A stretch of DNA of 64,000 nt from Lophium mytilinum. Taxonomy: Eukaryota. Positions 48,290 to 61,981 of this stretch are shown here, piece by piece (position 1 is the stretch's first letter; the number at the start of each line of letters is the position of its first letter). Below the pieces are notes generated by a model that did no database searches, had not been told where the DNA came from, and saw nothing but the letters and a program-made list of their open reading frames with translations. The DNA is taken from contig MU004183.1 of the NCBI GenBank assembly GCA_010093605.1, forward strand, positions 868,001 through 932,000, given 5' to 3'. A program made the translations under genes and the position numbers.

Positions 48290-49303
48290 ATGACCGACGC
48301 CAGCCAAGTCTCCCTACATCATGGTAGGAAGCGGACGAAGATGGCCCCTCCGTGGAGGCATCCGTCATTTCGCTTTCTCGATCTCCCGCGAGAGATTCGC
48401 GACATCGTGTACGGCATCCTCATGACGAACTCGAGGTCCGGGTCCGAGGGTCTCTTCCATAGCATCAAAGACCGGCATGCTCCAAAGGCACGTCTCAAGT
48501 CACGCCCTGGACGACCGCTGAAGCCTCGAACCGCCCTCTTGTGCGTTAACAAGCAGATCTATGAGGAAGCGAAGGAAGCCTTATACACCAACAACGTCTT
48601 CTCTGTTGCACTCGCTCAGAACAACTTGCGTTTTACCAATAAGCCGGTGCCTGGGCCCTTCAGATTCGAAGCTATTCTTCCTGGCGCATCCAAGGCGCAC
48701 AACGAAGCTTTCCACAACGAATTCGACAGAAAAGTAGTAGCTCCATCCAAAAACGAATGCCCTTCCCAGCCCGCCATTCCTTTCGGGTGGGATCTCACTG
48801 CGATCCGCTACCTCCACGTGCAGATATATTTGGAGGATACCGAGCTCGAGTATGCTCAATCTGAACCGTGCTACTCAGGAGCATACGCACAGATGTCAAA
48901 GCTGTCGTGGGAGAGTTTCCACAAAATGGGGAAGTTGGTCAATCTGAGTGTTAGACTTCTCTTCCTAGATGATTCTCCACCGACGCTCTTGAGGTTTTGT
49001 CTCGGAATTGGGCCAGCACCAATGCAACTACGACATATGCTGAGAGGTCTGGTGGCTGCGGTGCCGCGGAGTGCAGGAGAGATTCGTTGGGGATGCGGGG
49101 TTACGAAGGATGAACTCAAGTGGTTCGAGAAGGTCGAACGTAGCGCCGAGCATTTCGCCTTCAACGACTTCGACGGTAACTCGTACGAAATGGTGGACGG
49201 CAAGGCGCTAGAGAAGTTGGTCGTTGGTCTAGATGCGATCAGAGGCATAGATGCTGACTACGAGGCCGAATATCCTGCTGAGAGGGAGGCAGAGGAGATG
49301 TAA
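48290..49303 (+). CDS. F-box-like (DUF7730-like) protein, paralogue C
   Basis: SFRFLDLPREIRDIVY, TALLCVNKQIYEEAKEALY, GWDLTAIRYL, IRWG, RGIDADY. Confidence 0.8.
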   Translation: MTDASQVSLHHGRKRTKMAPPWRHPSFRFLDLPREIRDIVYGILMTNSRSGSEGLFHSIKDRHAPKARLKSRPGRPLKPRTALLCVNKQIYEEAKEALYTNNVFSVALAQNNLRFTNKPVPGPFRFEAILPGASKAHNEAFHNEFDRKVVAPSKNECPSQPAIPFGWDLTAIRYLHVQIYLEDTELEYAQSEPCYSGAYAQMSKLSWESFHKMGKLVNLSVRLLFLDDSPPTLLRFCLGIGPAPMQLRHMLRGLVAAVPRSAGEIRWGCGVTKDELKWFEKVERSAEHFAFNDFDGNSYEMVDGKALEKLVVGLDAIRGIDADYEAEYPAEREAEEM

Positions 49304-49989
49304 GAGGCCTAAGCTGATACGAAGTCGGTGGACTGCGTTCATTTCATATCAACAGGATTCAGGGCGGCGGATGCACTTCTAACCTGCGCACACCATACTG
49401 GCGCTGTCTGGAGTAGCCTCACGAGTTCACAAGTAGTCCAAAATGCCGAACATCTCTCGCATTCCGAAGGCTAAATCTCTTGGGGCTCCTCACACAGCGG
49501 GAAACGAGTGTACGGGTATCTTTGACCTTCTAGAGTGCCCCCAGGAATGAACTCAATCATTGGAAATCGCTTTATTATTTTTCTAGCTGTGAATAATCTT
49601 TGTCCAATAGCTATGTGATGCTCGTCAAGCACGACATATTTAGTCATGTCGCCCCTTTACTCAGACGAATCTCCATCTTTACTCCTATCAAGTTTTGCTA
49701 TCCAGAATGCATTGACTGACTCCAAGTCGTGCCGGGCACGTGCATACAGGTTTGTATTCTGTTTATTTAGCCAGTTCCGTGCATTCACTGTCAGCGCAAA
49801 AGGCTTGGCACGTCCTCACTTTTCTATTCAGCCCTATTCAACTTACCCATCTACCCATCGCATCAAACACTCTCCATACAACCCCTACCTCACCACAACA
49901 ATCCTCCAAAATACTCCACCACTTCCGTCAAGGCTCACGACCGCCTTTTCACCCCTACCACTGCCTCTTTTGCTCCATCCAAGATGCCG

Positions 49990-51138
49990 ATGCAACTCCG
50001 ACCTCGTCCCGCAGCTAATGCGGCTACGGTTGCTAACACGCAGTCTCAATCCAAGTCAGTCTCATCTCTATCGGGCTTACCGCTACAAAATGCTTTGGTG
50101 TGCCGCGCTAACGACTCATGAAGGAAACGCAAGCGGAACGACAACGACAGTACCCAGCCAGCCAAGAAGCGAATAGTCAAGACGCAAGGCACCAAAAAAA
50201 TGCGTGCGATCGCAGTGAAGCCAGCGCCCTGGAAGCCAACCGGTCCCTTCAAATTCCTCGAGCTCCCTCGAGAACTCCGCGATATGGTCTACGACAAGAT
50301 CTTTGAGGACCTCCCAGAGCGCCATCCCTGGGGCAATCTTGTCCATGACGCTTCTGAAGCGCTCTTCTATCCATGGCGGGGAAGCCCTATGCTAGCCGGG
50401 CTCCTTGGCTATGATGACGTCCCCATCGCGTTGAATGGCCCTACTGCTGTTCTCCGGACTTGTAAGCAGGTGAACGAGGAAGCAAAGGAGGCGTTGTATC
50501 GCGATCGAATCTTCATCGCAACCTTCAACGAGATGAAGCGACGCTTTGGCTCCCGACGCCAACTACACTATGACCACCCTTTCCAACACATACCGAGTAG
50601 TGCCATCGACTGTCGGTGGGATTTCGCCTCTATCCGCCGCTTAGTCATTCTGTTCGACATGGGAGACGGCATGGCAGGAGAGGTTAACGACGACGATGGC
50701 CCCAACTTCGAATATTCGGGAGATATCCTGCTCTCTACAGCCTCATTCGAGGCCCTCCGCACTATGCCAAATCTGAAGGAACTACGCATTGGCATGACGT
50801 ACGACAGTGCAGCAGCACCGCAGCTGCTACGCTTCTTCAAGGGTGGGGATAAGGCACCATATCTCTTGCGTAACATGATGCGGTCTCTGATAGCGTCGAT
50901 CCCGAAGACCGTTCCTGTTGAGTGGGGACTCGCGGAGCAGGACTATCGCGATATGTTTTGGATGAACAGTGCAAAAGATGTGCGAGAGATGCAAATCTTT
51001 CAATGGGGCACAGTGGAGGGAAAGGTGCTGAAAGGACTGGCGGACGAGTTCGAAGGTCTCCGAGGGACCGATATCGACTACTACGCCGACGACGCGGATG
51101 TTGAGGGTTCGGAGACGTCGGGGAAGGATGTGAAGTAG
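49990..51138 (+). CDS. F-box-like (DUF7730-like) protein, paralogue D
   Basis: MQLRP start, phase-2 intron 50055-50123, KRKRNDN; GPFKFLELPRELRDMVY, SIPKTV, RGTDIDYY. Confidence 0.8.
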
Positions 51139-52396
51139 TGGGCTATGTGGGAAGAGGATAGCGAGCAGCCGGGGTGTACCTACTGTTTGATAAGGCTGCT
51201 AGCGAGGAGTGGCTTGCGAGTCACTAAGTTGCACTGCGATGGTGAGAAGATGACGTCCTGCAAGTCCTTGGCGGCGATATAGCGGCAAGAGGGGTGCTTT
51301 GAATTACTTCTGCCAGGGATCGAGATCCCTCGATCTCATGATTTAGGACTTCTTGTAATCACTTGCTTGCAAACCAGCTGCTACGGACCAAGTAGTGTAA
51401 ACAGTATACAGTTTATCACGGTTTCAACTAGCCGCCCCATTCCATGCCCTTCCTAGCCGTAACTCTAAATGCATCTTCTTGTTGTTTATCTATACGAGCT
51501 CACGATTTTGCTTGGAAAGGCAGTAGAATTAGTGTTAGGCCGTGAGATTTAATACACAAAGGGGCAACATATTGGCGCCGTTCTGTCTCTTCTAAGACCG
51601 AAGGGTTATCCGTATTTGCTAAGGATTTGCCGACATGGTTAAATTATTTTTCTGCGATGTTGAAGCAAGTCGTACTTATCTGAACGCAAGACCCAAATGC
51701 CGAGAACAGCCCTATTAAAATGTCACTTTGGTGAAACTCTGGGTGGATGTTAATTTAAAGCCTGGGCCTGAGGGCCATACAAGAGCCGTCCCAAGGGTCA
51801 TGGACTCAAGAGTGGGACTGTGCAGTGCGACGTCAGGTCCCAGGCCGACGACACGCGCATCTAGACAGGGATTGTGCGACCACTTTGCTGCATCAGGTGC
51901 CGCCAGCGGGCCGCTGTATGTACCCCAGACTCGATCCCCGTCGTACAGGGTGCGGGGTGGATGTTGACTTGATCTCGGAAAACTGTCAACTCCGCTGCCT
52001 CTATCGTGAATATTCTACGGTCGTATCGCTATGTCATAGGCCCTTGGCTCCTGTCCTACCAAGTGTAGACCAGAACCTTGAATCAGTACCTACTGTCTTG
52101 CTTGGACATACGCACATAGAACCATTAATTTCACAGTGCAGAGGCCACCTGGCTGATACATTTCACCTGCTTTGCCTGCTGACCGTCGACAGTTCGAAAT
52201 GACCTGCTTTGCCAAATACGGAAGCCGTCATCAGGACGACCTCTTGTCACTGACCTCTTTCTCCACGTTCCCCAATTATACCCACTCACAAACTTACCAC
52301 TTATAGCCCCACTTCCCTCAATCTCAAGCATTTCATTTTCCCAGACTCTATTCTCACTTCTATCTTTCTGCCCTTGCTAGTGCCGCACTTGTCAAT

Positions 52397-55037
52397 ATGC
52401 GGCCTCTATTCTTGCCCATATATGCCTCGCTGGCTGCATTGGTCGGCGGTGCAGCTATACCACTGGCCCTGCGAGACGACCTCTACGCTGAAGACCTCCC
52501 CACTACCAATGTCACAGACTCAGCTGCTGTCCCTAGCGAAACGGCGACTGTGTTGAGTATCGCCGCTGCCGATCCGGGCTACTGGTTGAAGGACATGCCT
52601 CGCAAAGGACGTTCACCTTTCAACCCAGATCCCGGATATCAGGTCTTCCGCAATGTGAAGGACTTTGGCGCCAAAGGTAAGACTTAAAGTTTATGCCCAC
52701 CGAATAGAACCTACTCTCCCACCAACTCCAAGCTCCTTCGAAAAGATCTCCGCTGACCATATGCAGGTGATGGCATTACGGATGATACCGTAGCCATCAA
52801 CACGGCTATGGCTTCCGGGGGTCGATGTGCACCGGGCGCTTGCCAGTCCTCGACCTTAACTCCAGCGATCTTATACTTCCCTGCTGGAACCTATCTCGTG
52901 TCCGGCTCGATCGTCATGTACTACAACACTCAGCTCATCGGTAATCCGAACTCGCTTCCTGTGCTCAAGGCTACATCAAACTTCCAAGGGCTTGGGCTCA
53001 TCGACGGTGACAAATATGTTGGATCAAATCAAGGGTGGCCTTCTGTCAATGTCTTCTGGCGATCTGCTAGACACTTGAAGATCGACTTGACCGCTATTGC
53101 TCCTGCAACTGGTGCGACTGGTATTCATTGGCCGACTGGCCAAGCTACTAGTCTTCAGGATATCCAGATCATCATGACTGCCTCGAGTGCATCTACTCAT
53201 CAAGGACTCTTTATCGAAGATGGTAAGCATCTCTGAACCACTCAAATGGTGTAATTGGAGGTCTTCGATGAAATGGTTGCGCTGACTATATTGCCTAGGA
53301 TCTGGCGGCTACATCGGGGATCTTACCATAACTGGCGGTTTGTATGGAATGAACATCGGGAATCAGCAATTTACCATGCGGAACATTGCCATCTCGAACG
53401 CTATCGTTGGTATCTCGCAGATCTGGAACTGGGGCTGGCTTTACTCAGGGATGACTATCTCGAACTGTGGCACTGCATTCTCTATGAGCAACGGAGGGAC
53501 CACATCTCAGAGTGTAGGGTCTGTTACCATCATTGATAGCACGATCACGAACTGCCCGGCCTTTATCGATACAGCTTGGACTCCTAACGCATCTCCGGCT
53601 ACTGGTGGGAGCCTGATTCTCGAAAACATTGTACTCAGCAACGTACCAACCGCCATCAGGGGACCAAATAGTGCCACAATCCTCTCCGGCGGGACAACGA
53701 CAATTGCTGCCTGGGGCCAGGGCCACAAGTACACATCTCAAGGGCCAACAGAATGGCAAGGCATTTTTACTCCTGTCGCCCGACCTAGCTCGCTCCTCGA
53801 TGGTAACGGCCGGTACCATATCAAGTCCAAGCCTCACTACTGGGAGTGGACAGTGTCCCAGGTAATGAGCATCCGTGACGCAGGCGCCACCGGTGACGGA
53901 GTGACCGACGATACGCAGGCGATTCAGGCCGCCCTTAACGCTGCTGCTTCGGCGGGCAAGATTCTTTACTTCAACTACGGGGTTTACAAGGTCAGCACCA
54001 CGATCAAAATCCCAGCTGGGTCCCGTATTGTCGGCGAGACTTATCCCGTGATCCTGGCGAGCGGAGGCCCATGGGGTAGCGCCACGAACCCCGTACCCGT
54101 TATAAAGATCGGTAATCCCGGCGAATCCGGTAGGATCGAGTGGCAAGATATGATCGTCAGCACTCAAGGCCCAGCTCCCGGTGCAGTCCTCATTGAATGG
54201 AATCTTGCGGCTTCACGTGATTCGGGAATGTGGGACGTTCATACTCGCATCGGCGGTTTTAAGGGCTCCAACCAGCAGGTTGGCCAGTGCCCGATCCAAG
54301 TTCCAGTTTCTGGTGCTTGTATGGCCGCGTACATGTCCATGCACATCACGACTTCGGGAACCGGCGCCTACCTCGAGAATTGCTGGTTCTGGACTGCCGA
54401 CCACGACGTCGACGAGGGCAAGAATACGCGGATTTCAGTCTACACTGGCCGTGGACTACTCGTCGAGGCATCTGGGGTGTGGCTCTGGGGGACCGCCGTT
54501 GAGCATCACTCACTGTACCAGGTTAGTAAATTGCCACCTCCGATAAACCTCAAACCTCAGACGAACTCGGCTAACTTCACCTAGTATCAATTCGCCAACG
54601 CCCGCGAAATCTTCGCTGGCTTCATCCAAACCGAGTCCCCATACTACCAGCCAGCGCCTGACGTCCGTAACTCGCCTTACCCAACAACCCAAGCTATCAA
54701 CGACCCAACATACGCCAACTGCCAGTCCGGCAACTGCGATGCCCTCGGTCTCCGTGTGCTCAACTCCAAGAACATCTACGTCTATGGAGCAGGCCTGTAC
54801 TCGTTCTTCAACAACTACAGCACCCTGTGCAGCAACAAGCCCACGGCAGGCGGCACCAAGGACTGCCAGAGCGAGATGTTCAGCATCGAGGGCTCCACGG
54901 ACCATCTCTGGATGTACGGCCTCAACACTATCGGTACGATGAACATGGTCGTGCAAGACGGGAAGAGCGTGGCGAAGTGGAGTGATAACGCAAACGACTT
55001 TTCAGATACCATTGCGCTGTTTACGTATCGCATCTGA
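52397..55037 (+). CDS. Secreted GH55 exo-beta-1,3-glucanase
   Basis: Signal peptide; VFRNVKDFGAKGDG, YFPAGTY, GIHWPTGQATSL, second GATGDGVTDDT repeat, MWDVHTRIGG, WTADHD, IQTESPYYQP; exons 52397-52676, 52767-53222, 53299-54521, 54585-55037. Confidence 0.95.
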
Positions 55038-58000
55038 TAGGCCGAAGCAGCTTTGAAGAGGGAAGGATACAGCTCGTGTTGTGGGTTGCGAGATTGTGGA
55101 TGTTGGGGTTTCTTTTTGCTGTCTGTGGCAGATATTTTTGGTTCGGCGGGCCTTGGACTTCTATTCTCATTCCTGTGAATATTTTCGATCGGTGTGGTGG
55201 AGACTTTATGGTGGTTATGTGGGCATAGTTGCTAGAATGAGTCTATCTCATGGTGGATATGGTTGGTATGCATCGTCGGCGATTTTCAAACCGAAGAGAC
55301 GCGCAGATTAGGGACATTGAGTAGTTTCCGGAAGACCGGACGTATCAAAGGAACATCTGAACAATCTTGGGGATTTCGGTGTCGAAGTTGTAGTGTGATG
55401 CTACCGAGTTGTGATTTTTGAGGGCTTTGATATGTTGGCGTCTATCTTTCGAAGTCCTCCTGCCAGGCAGTCACCTTGACCTGACGAAGTTAGGGCTCGG
55501 GGGCAGGAGGAAGAGAGAGAGTGTAGCCGTGCGCTGCGAATTCTTTGAAACTTGATAGTTGATGTCCGTACCTCTCAAGTTTTGCGGGATTTTCTAAGCT
55601 TCGGATTGCTAAACATTCCGGACAGGGTTTCTTAGTGGTCCGAAGATATGATGATGAGATAGTCTTTGAAGCTGAACGGGCTCCTGAATAGGGATGGGCC
55701 TCCTGGCGTGGCCATCTTCTAGTCGATGTGTCGAGGTTGGGCTTTTTGCAATGCCACTGTAGACTACAATGGTATTGAAAAGAGATTCTATACTTGAATG
55801 AGAATGAAGCTAAGATGAGACATTTACGTTCTGGATTCAACACTTTTACAGAGGGTGCTGCAGCTTGCCGGCATTATTGCGGTGCGGACTGTGAACTTCG
55901 CAGGGACAGTGAAAGCCTCTCGTCGTCTAGTCTGAAATGGCTTCAATGGACGTAAGAACGGCGATACCACTTAACCTCGTCCTTGAAACTAAGAATAGGG
56001 GCTACACACCTGAAAGGCCGGTGGACTTCATTGTTGCTGTTAAATTATGAGGAGGCTATGCTGGACTCTCACATGCAATGCTATACTTTGAAGTGAAGAT
56101 CGCGCCGGTGCTGCAGCGTGTGGCACTAGTATGGCATAATATATCCGTCGTGGATCCAGCTAACTCTATGATCAGGTGGCACAGCGGCGCGAGAGGCTAG
56201 CGACTGACGGCATAACGGCGCGACATTCGGCGATGTCCCTGCCGCAGTCAGGCGAAAGAGCGTTCCTGGCGGGAGGCATTCCGACGCAGATTTGTGACTG
56301 GCGGGAGGGTCTTGATAGAGGAACGATAGCGGAGTCCAGATTTTGGTACTAGAAAATGTGCGTAACAGCTCGCCGGAATGCGGCGATCATGAACCTTGAT
56401 GTCGGGAACAATTTGTGCCAGCTGGACCAATAGTGGAGCATGCAGGTAGAAAGAAAAAGAAAGTGACGGATCACCGGATGAGGAGAATATCCACACAGAA
56501 GCCTTTGGGATGACACTGTTAAGCACTCACAACTGCTAACCTTTCTATCGGAATCAAGAGTTGAAGGCTAATCTAGTGGGCGCGTGCTGGTGTTATGAAG
56601 ATCTCTGTACCGTTCCCCAGCTCCCTGTGTCGGACTTTTCTCCAAGCTGCTCTATGGTTGACGAAATCAGGAACCATCAGGTCCCGCGCAGCCCAGACAT
56701 CCGACTGGGCGACTGGACTGAGCAGGAATTGACGAGATTGTTGGGCATCTCATCCCGCAAGTAGGCCGGTCGGAACGCCCGCCGTCTTGGATCCATTGGC
56801 CCGCCTGTCAGCTGCAAATGCGACGGCTTGGCAAGCCCATCGGTGGCGTCCCAATATCTAGCCTTCTTGCAACGATGCGTTGGGGCTGCATTTGCGGGAT
56901 GGGCCCTTGGGCTTCTGATGCACCGTGTTCTCCCGAAGGCATGGTGCATGGGATAAGTAGTGCTGAATGTTGCGAGGGTCCATCTGGCACAGTGCAGAGA
57001 GCAGAGTGCGATGAGGCACATAGAAAAGGTTCTACATGAATGAAGTTCAGAAACGAGGATGTATAAAGCGACAAATGGGCTTGATGGGAAAGACTGCAAT
57101 GCGGCGGGGAGGTGGAAGACCTACAAAGTTGTGAGGTCGTCAGATTTGTCTCTCAGCTCCCCGTCGAGATCCGCTGCCGGCCAGACATCTGTTCATGCGA
57201 GCGACCTTTCCCGACCAAGCTTAGCTTCGGCCTACTCAATCGAGATCGGCCGTGCGGTCGGTCCCGCTTCATCCCTCATCCTCTAGGTCGCGGACTTCAA
57301 CACTAAACGCGTCTCGAAAACGCGTCCTTTTATGGCCGTTTAGTTATCTCTTCGAGCAAGGAGCAGGCGTCTAGCTTCATTGATGGTATGAGTCTGTCTC
57401 TATTATTCATCAACCGTCTGTCATCGCATTTCAAACCTACCTGCTCCAAGAGCTGTTTGTGATACCTCGTATTGCTGCACGCGCGGCATTTTGACGAGCC
57501 AGCCTCCAATGGCTGGCGTTTCTGCCCCTATTGACGGCTTTTCTGGTAGCATTCTCGGCCACGTAAGTTGTCGAGACTTCCGGCCTGCAGACAGCCACAA
57601 GATGGGCCCTCAACCTCTCTCCGCCCATTCTACCCCACATATACAGCCCCTAGACCCGTCCTGCCGTTAGTCTCCAGGTGGCTTTCCGTGAAGTACGGTA
57701 CGGAAGTTCAATTGAGATCCGGCCCGCTGGTTCCAAACTGCTGCTCCAGGGATCATCGGCCATTTCTGCACAGCAGCCGCTTGGTACGCTACCCACAAGA
57801 TGCGTCTAGTGGCTGCAATCGTGGTCAACCACTCGATTGCCGACAAGGGGGCAGCATGGTCCAGACCGGCACGGAAAACCCGAACCGTTCTTGAACAGCC
57901 CTTGAATTCTTACTAACTAAAGGGATGCATGAGATCTTCTGCCCAAGCTCATATGTGTACCACCGTTGAGGTTGACAATACTGGGCAGCTTGCTCTTCTC

Positions 58001-58336
58001 TCATGCACCCTAGCACTGATGCTCAAGATTAGTTTGTAATCCAGCATATGTACAACTAGCTCTGCTTCCCTGCACTCGAAGGCTATATTGATACAGCAGC
58101 GCTGGTATCTAGCGCGAACCATCGTCCTGTGAACCCTGCCTCCTTCTGGTGAACAAATCTTAGCCTTTCAGCCTCGCGGCGATTCTCGTTTGGCATCAAA
58201 TACCGCCGTCTGCCACACACTTACCGGGGTGCATGTATAAACCACCTCCCATCCGGTGCTGAGAACTTCTTAACGGAGTCAGTCTTCTATTAGCCACTTT
58301 GATTGTGTTCAGCCTACTAAGCAAGTACTCGACAGC

Positions 58337-59834
58337 ATGCCGGACCATGCAAGCAAGTTCAATGAAGTCCCTCTAGCAGGCAATCTCGTCTCCGTCATGC
58401 TATCTATGACCACGATTGCGGTGCTTGCTGTTTGCCTCAGTATGTCAAGAAAGCGATGAGAACGAAAGAAGGCTTGCTGATCTGCTGTATAGCTCGAAGA
58501 CTTCAGACCATTCAATCTTGGAGAGCGCTCCCGCTCACAAGTTGGCGTACGTCTAGACATTATAGCGTCTATACCTTGGTCACACCTTTCGTCATTCGCT
58601 AATCCTAACATTCGATTAGTACTTATCGCTATTTACATCGACTCGAGTTTATTCGTCTTTGTCACTGCAGTCATTTCGCAGGGAGTAAATATCAACGGCT
58701 CTGGTAAACTCTGCGGTGGAGCAATTTTGCTGTGTAAGTCAAAATCAGTTGTGATGGCAGTTTCAATGACTAATGCCAGGATAAAGGTCTAATATGCTAT
58801 CTGACCACCAAACTCATGATATATTTATTCCTCGTGGAAAAGGCCGTAAGCACACTCTTTAGTAATCTTGGCTTGCATATTGAGTCAACTAACTTTACCT
58901 CGCAGTACATTATTAGAGGAAGCCGTCAATCGCGTCTCAAGAACAAACTTTACCTCTTCAACTTCTTCGGCTTGATAATTCCCTATCTGGTCGTTGTTAT
59001 CATGAACTTTGTCTAGTGAGTTACTAATGTTTGGCATTCGAACCGTTGCTGATACATTGATCGATAGTCGATTCTCTTACATCAATACGAAGGGCGTCTG
59101 CATTATCGGAATGAAACGGATTTCAATGATACCATTGATAACCTTGGACGTTGTTCTCAATGTTCGTGTCATTCCTGATGTCTACGGCTTCTCTTACCTG
59201 TTACTGACTTTGCATATAGGTCTACCTAACGATGCTATTCCTACTCCCCCTTCGACGTAAGCTCAGCACTCAACCTTTTACATTTTCTTTCGGGCGCTGA
59301 TCAAGATGTGCAGAACTCTACTCCTACCAGCATAATGTGAATCCTGCTCTCCGCAAAACGGCCATGCGGACGTTCATTGGCAGTTGCTCCACTCTCGCCT
59401 CCAGCGTGGTAAACCTAACTATCCTCATGATGTTGAAGGGTGAGCCAGGCTGGGTATGTCTCATGTGTTGTAACGCGGATATTCTCTTCAGCGTGCTTGT
59501 GCTACACTGGGTCACAGCCGTCGACAGGGTCCGCTCTCCCAATAACTCCTCAGCAAGACCGGCCGGTTCCAAGTCACGCGTTAGCAAAGCTGGAAATGGT
59601 ACCAACATCTGGAACAGCAAAAATAGTGGGAAGGGAACCGCTGTGGTCACAACTAGCTGTGTGGGCGGCAATACAAATAATCCGACAAGAGAGCTCGAAC
59701 TGGATAAGATTCGGGTGCAGACTGAGCAGACTCAGGAGGTCGAGGTCGATGCGAGAAGTGCGGTTACGTTCGATAGTGCGCAAGCGCACCAAGACTTCCC
59801 AGGCCGCAGTAACTCGACTGAACGAATGGTATAA
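58337..59834 (+). CDS. Multi-pass (about 7 TM) membrane protein, many short exons
   Basis: Spliced hydrophobic segments (VSVMLSMTTIAVLAVCL, LIYLFLVEKA, GVCIIGM, NLTILMMLKGEPGWVCLMCCNADILFSVLVLHWVT) and a polar cytosolic tail. Confidence 0.75.
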
Positions 59835-60731
59835 TGGGACAGCTTTCTTTGCGTATAGAAGATATCTCGGCGTCAGGAACATGTTGACTACTTTTCGGTT
59901 CTTGGCTTGGCACCTACAGAAGTCGTGAAAGCCAAAGTGTTGATGGCTCGGTATGATCCACGGCTTAAAATTAATGATTTGTACTTGTGCTCCCTCCAGA
60001 GTGCTGAGAAATCAGCAATGTATAATCATGGACTATTTTTTGACACTGCCCAGACACTAAGACAACCCTATTCGGATTTGGGAACCTTAAATACGATCAA
60101 CTAAAGCACAAGCGAAACTCCACAACAGCTTTGACAGTTGACAACGCCCACGAAGAGTCGAAGACTCAAATTCACACAATCGAGAGAGTGCGATCTCTTA
60201 AGCGTGGAAAACCGTACCGTTTCAGCAATACCAGAATACATTTTGAGTCGTGTTGGACTGGCGCGGAGGTGTTGAAGCTGCCGATGTTCGTTGGGTGGTG
60301 ACTCAAGAAATATGAACTCCTTCGTAATGCTATGTTCTAGATCTTGGATCTGAGAGAGAAGCTGTTTTTACTGGGCGCCGTCAAGCCCCCCGATGCCTTT
60401 ATTGGAAGCGAAGCTGTAGCAGCTCTATGCGCTTCCAGACGTGCTTACCTACCCTCTACCCACCCGGCAAAGTCCAGATCTAGTCAGTGTCAAACTTCAA
60501 TCTTGGCTGCTTTACGCCTTACTAATTACTTTCACGGCTGAAGATGACTCGCTATCATACTCACTGCTCCCTAGCTTTTGAAACCTATTTAAGTAGGTGA
60601 CGTTCTCCCCATCATGAAAACCATCCAAGGCATCACTTCTCATTTACCGTATCAACCAAACATCTCCGTCCCTACGCTTCCCAGTCCTCTTTTCCACTCT
60701 CCCAACAATCCCTTCACCCTCCCCCTTTACC

Positions 60732-61219
60732 ATGTCCCACCTCCAGTACTCTAAATACGAGGGGTACGGCGAAAGAGCCAAAAACGAGATCCACTACAGC
60801 CAGGCGGTCCGCTACGGCAACATCATCGAGATATCCGGCCAAGGTACGTCAAACCCCACCCCTCACAACACTATCCCTCCCAACCCCTTCTCCAGCTCCG
60901 CAAGACTCATGCCCACCCCCCAGGCGGATGGGACCGCCTAACCGAAGCCATCCCCTCCTCCGAAGGCCCGCAAGTCGACCAAGCCTTCGCCAACGTCGAG
61001 CACACGCTGCAAAAAGCAGGCGGGAAAGGCTGGAGCCAGGTCTACAAAATCCGTTGCTATGTGGTGAAGATGGATACGCTGGAGAGCGGCCACATTGTGC
61101 GGAACCTGCGGAAGTATTGTCCCGATCATCAGCCGATTTGTACGGTTGTTGGCGTGGAGAGTTTGGCGCTGAAGGAGATGCGGATTGAGATTGAGGTTGC
61201 GGCGCATTTGGGGGAGTGA
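60732..61219 (+). CDS. RidA/YjgF/YER057c/UK114 family protein
   Basis: HYSQAVR..IEISGQGGW (intron 60844-60923), QVDQAFANVE, HQPICTVVGVESL..MRIEIEVAAH. Confidence 0.92.
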
Positions 61220-61981
61220 GGGGCTGGTGATGGTTTCTGGGTTGAAGGGTGGGGGGATGATGGGGCTTAGCAAGTCTTTGGGAGCTTTGTGTCTTGGAAC
61301 GCTTTTATCTGGTGGGCTGTGGGGTGCCTCAGGGTTGTGGATACGCTGTCAAAACGTCGATTAGATAACATATAATTTGAAGTGTACGGAAATATAACAC
61401 CTCGACTATAGTGTTGTGGAGTTTGCGTCTATATCGGCTTCTAGTTTGAAGAGGATAGATATAACATCCGTAATTTAGGGCCTTGCAAACTTGATATCTG
61501 TAGCAGCATGTGCTCAGTAGGTTCGGGGTGTCTTTAAGCCACGTGCATGCTGCCAAAATGCTATCGATATGCATTTGATTTACAGTATCCAAACCTTTCC
61601 CAAATATATTCGGACTGATAACTTCGGGGTGTCTCGCGGCCATATGTACATTATCAAAGTGTACGTAGGATATCTTTCACTTATAGGTCATGTGTTTAGC
61701 TAGTGTCGACCTGAGTTTTAGGACCGGAAGCTTCACACCGGTGAGTTCTTCCGGTTGACAGCTTCGGATGTGGCCCGGACGACACGCATAGGTATCTGAT
61801 ACTTGGACCGTTCCCGCGTAAGTTGGCACTTCGGAGATCGCGTGACAGTGTAGCTAACTGGAGTACGGTGAATAGAGTGAGTGGAAGCGAGTCCGTGGTA
61901 AGCTGTCCATTGAGGGACCTCTCCTCGAGTGAGGGTATATAGTTTGCTTATATTTGGCTGTCTACTATTAATCCTGGGATT

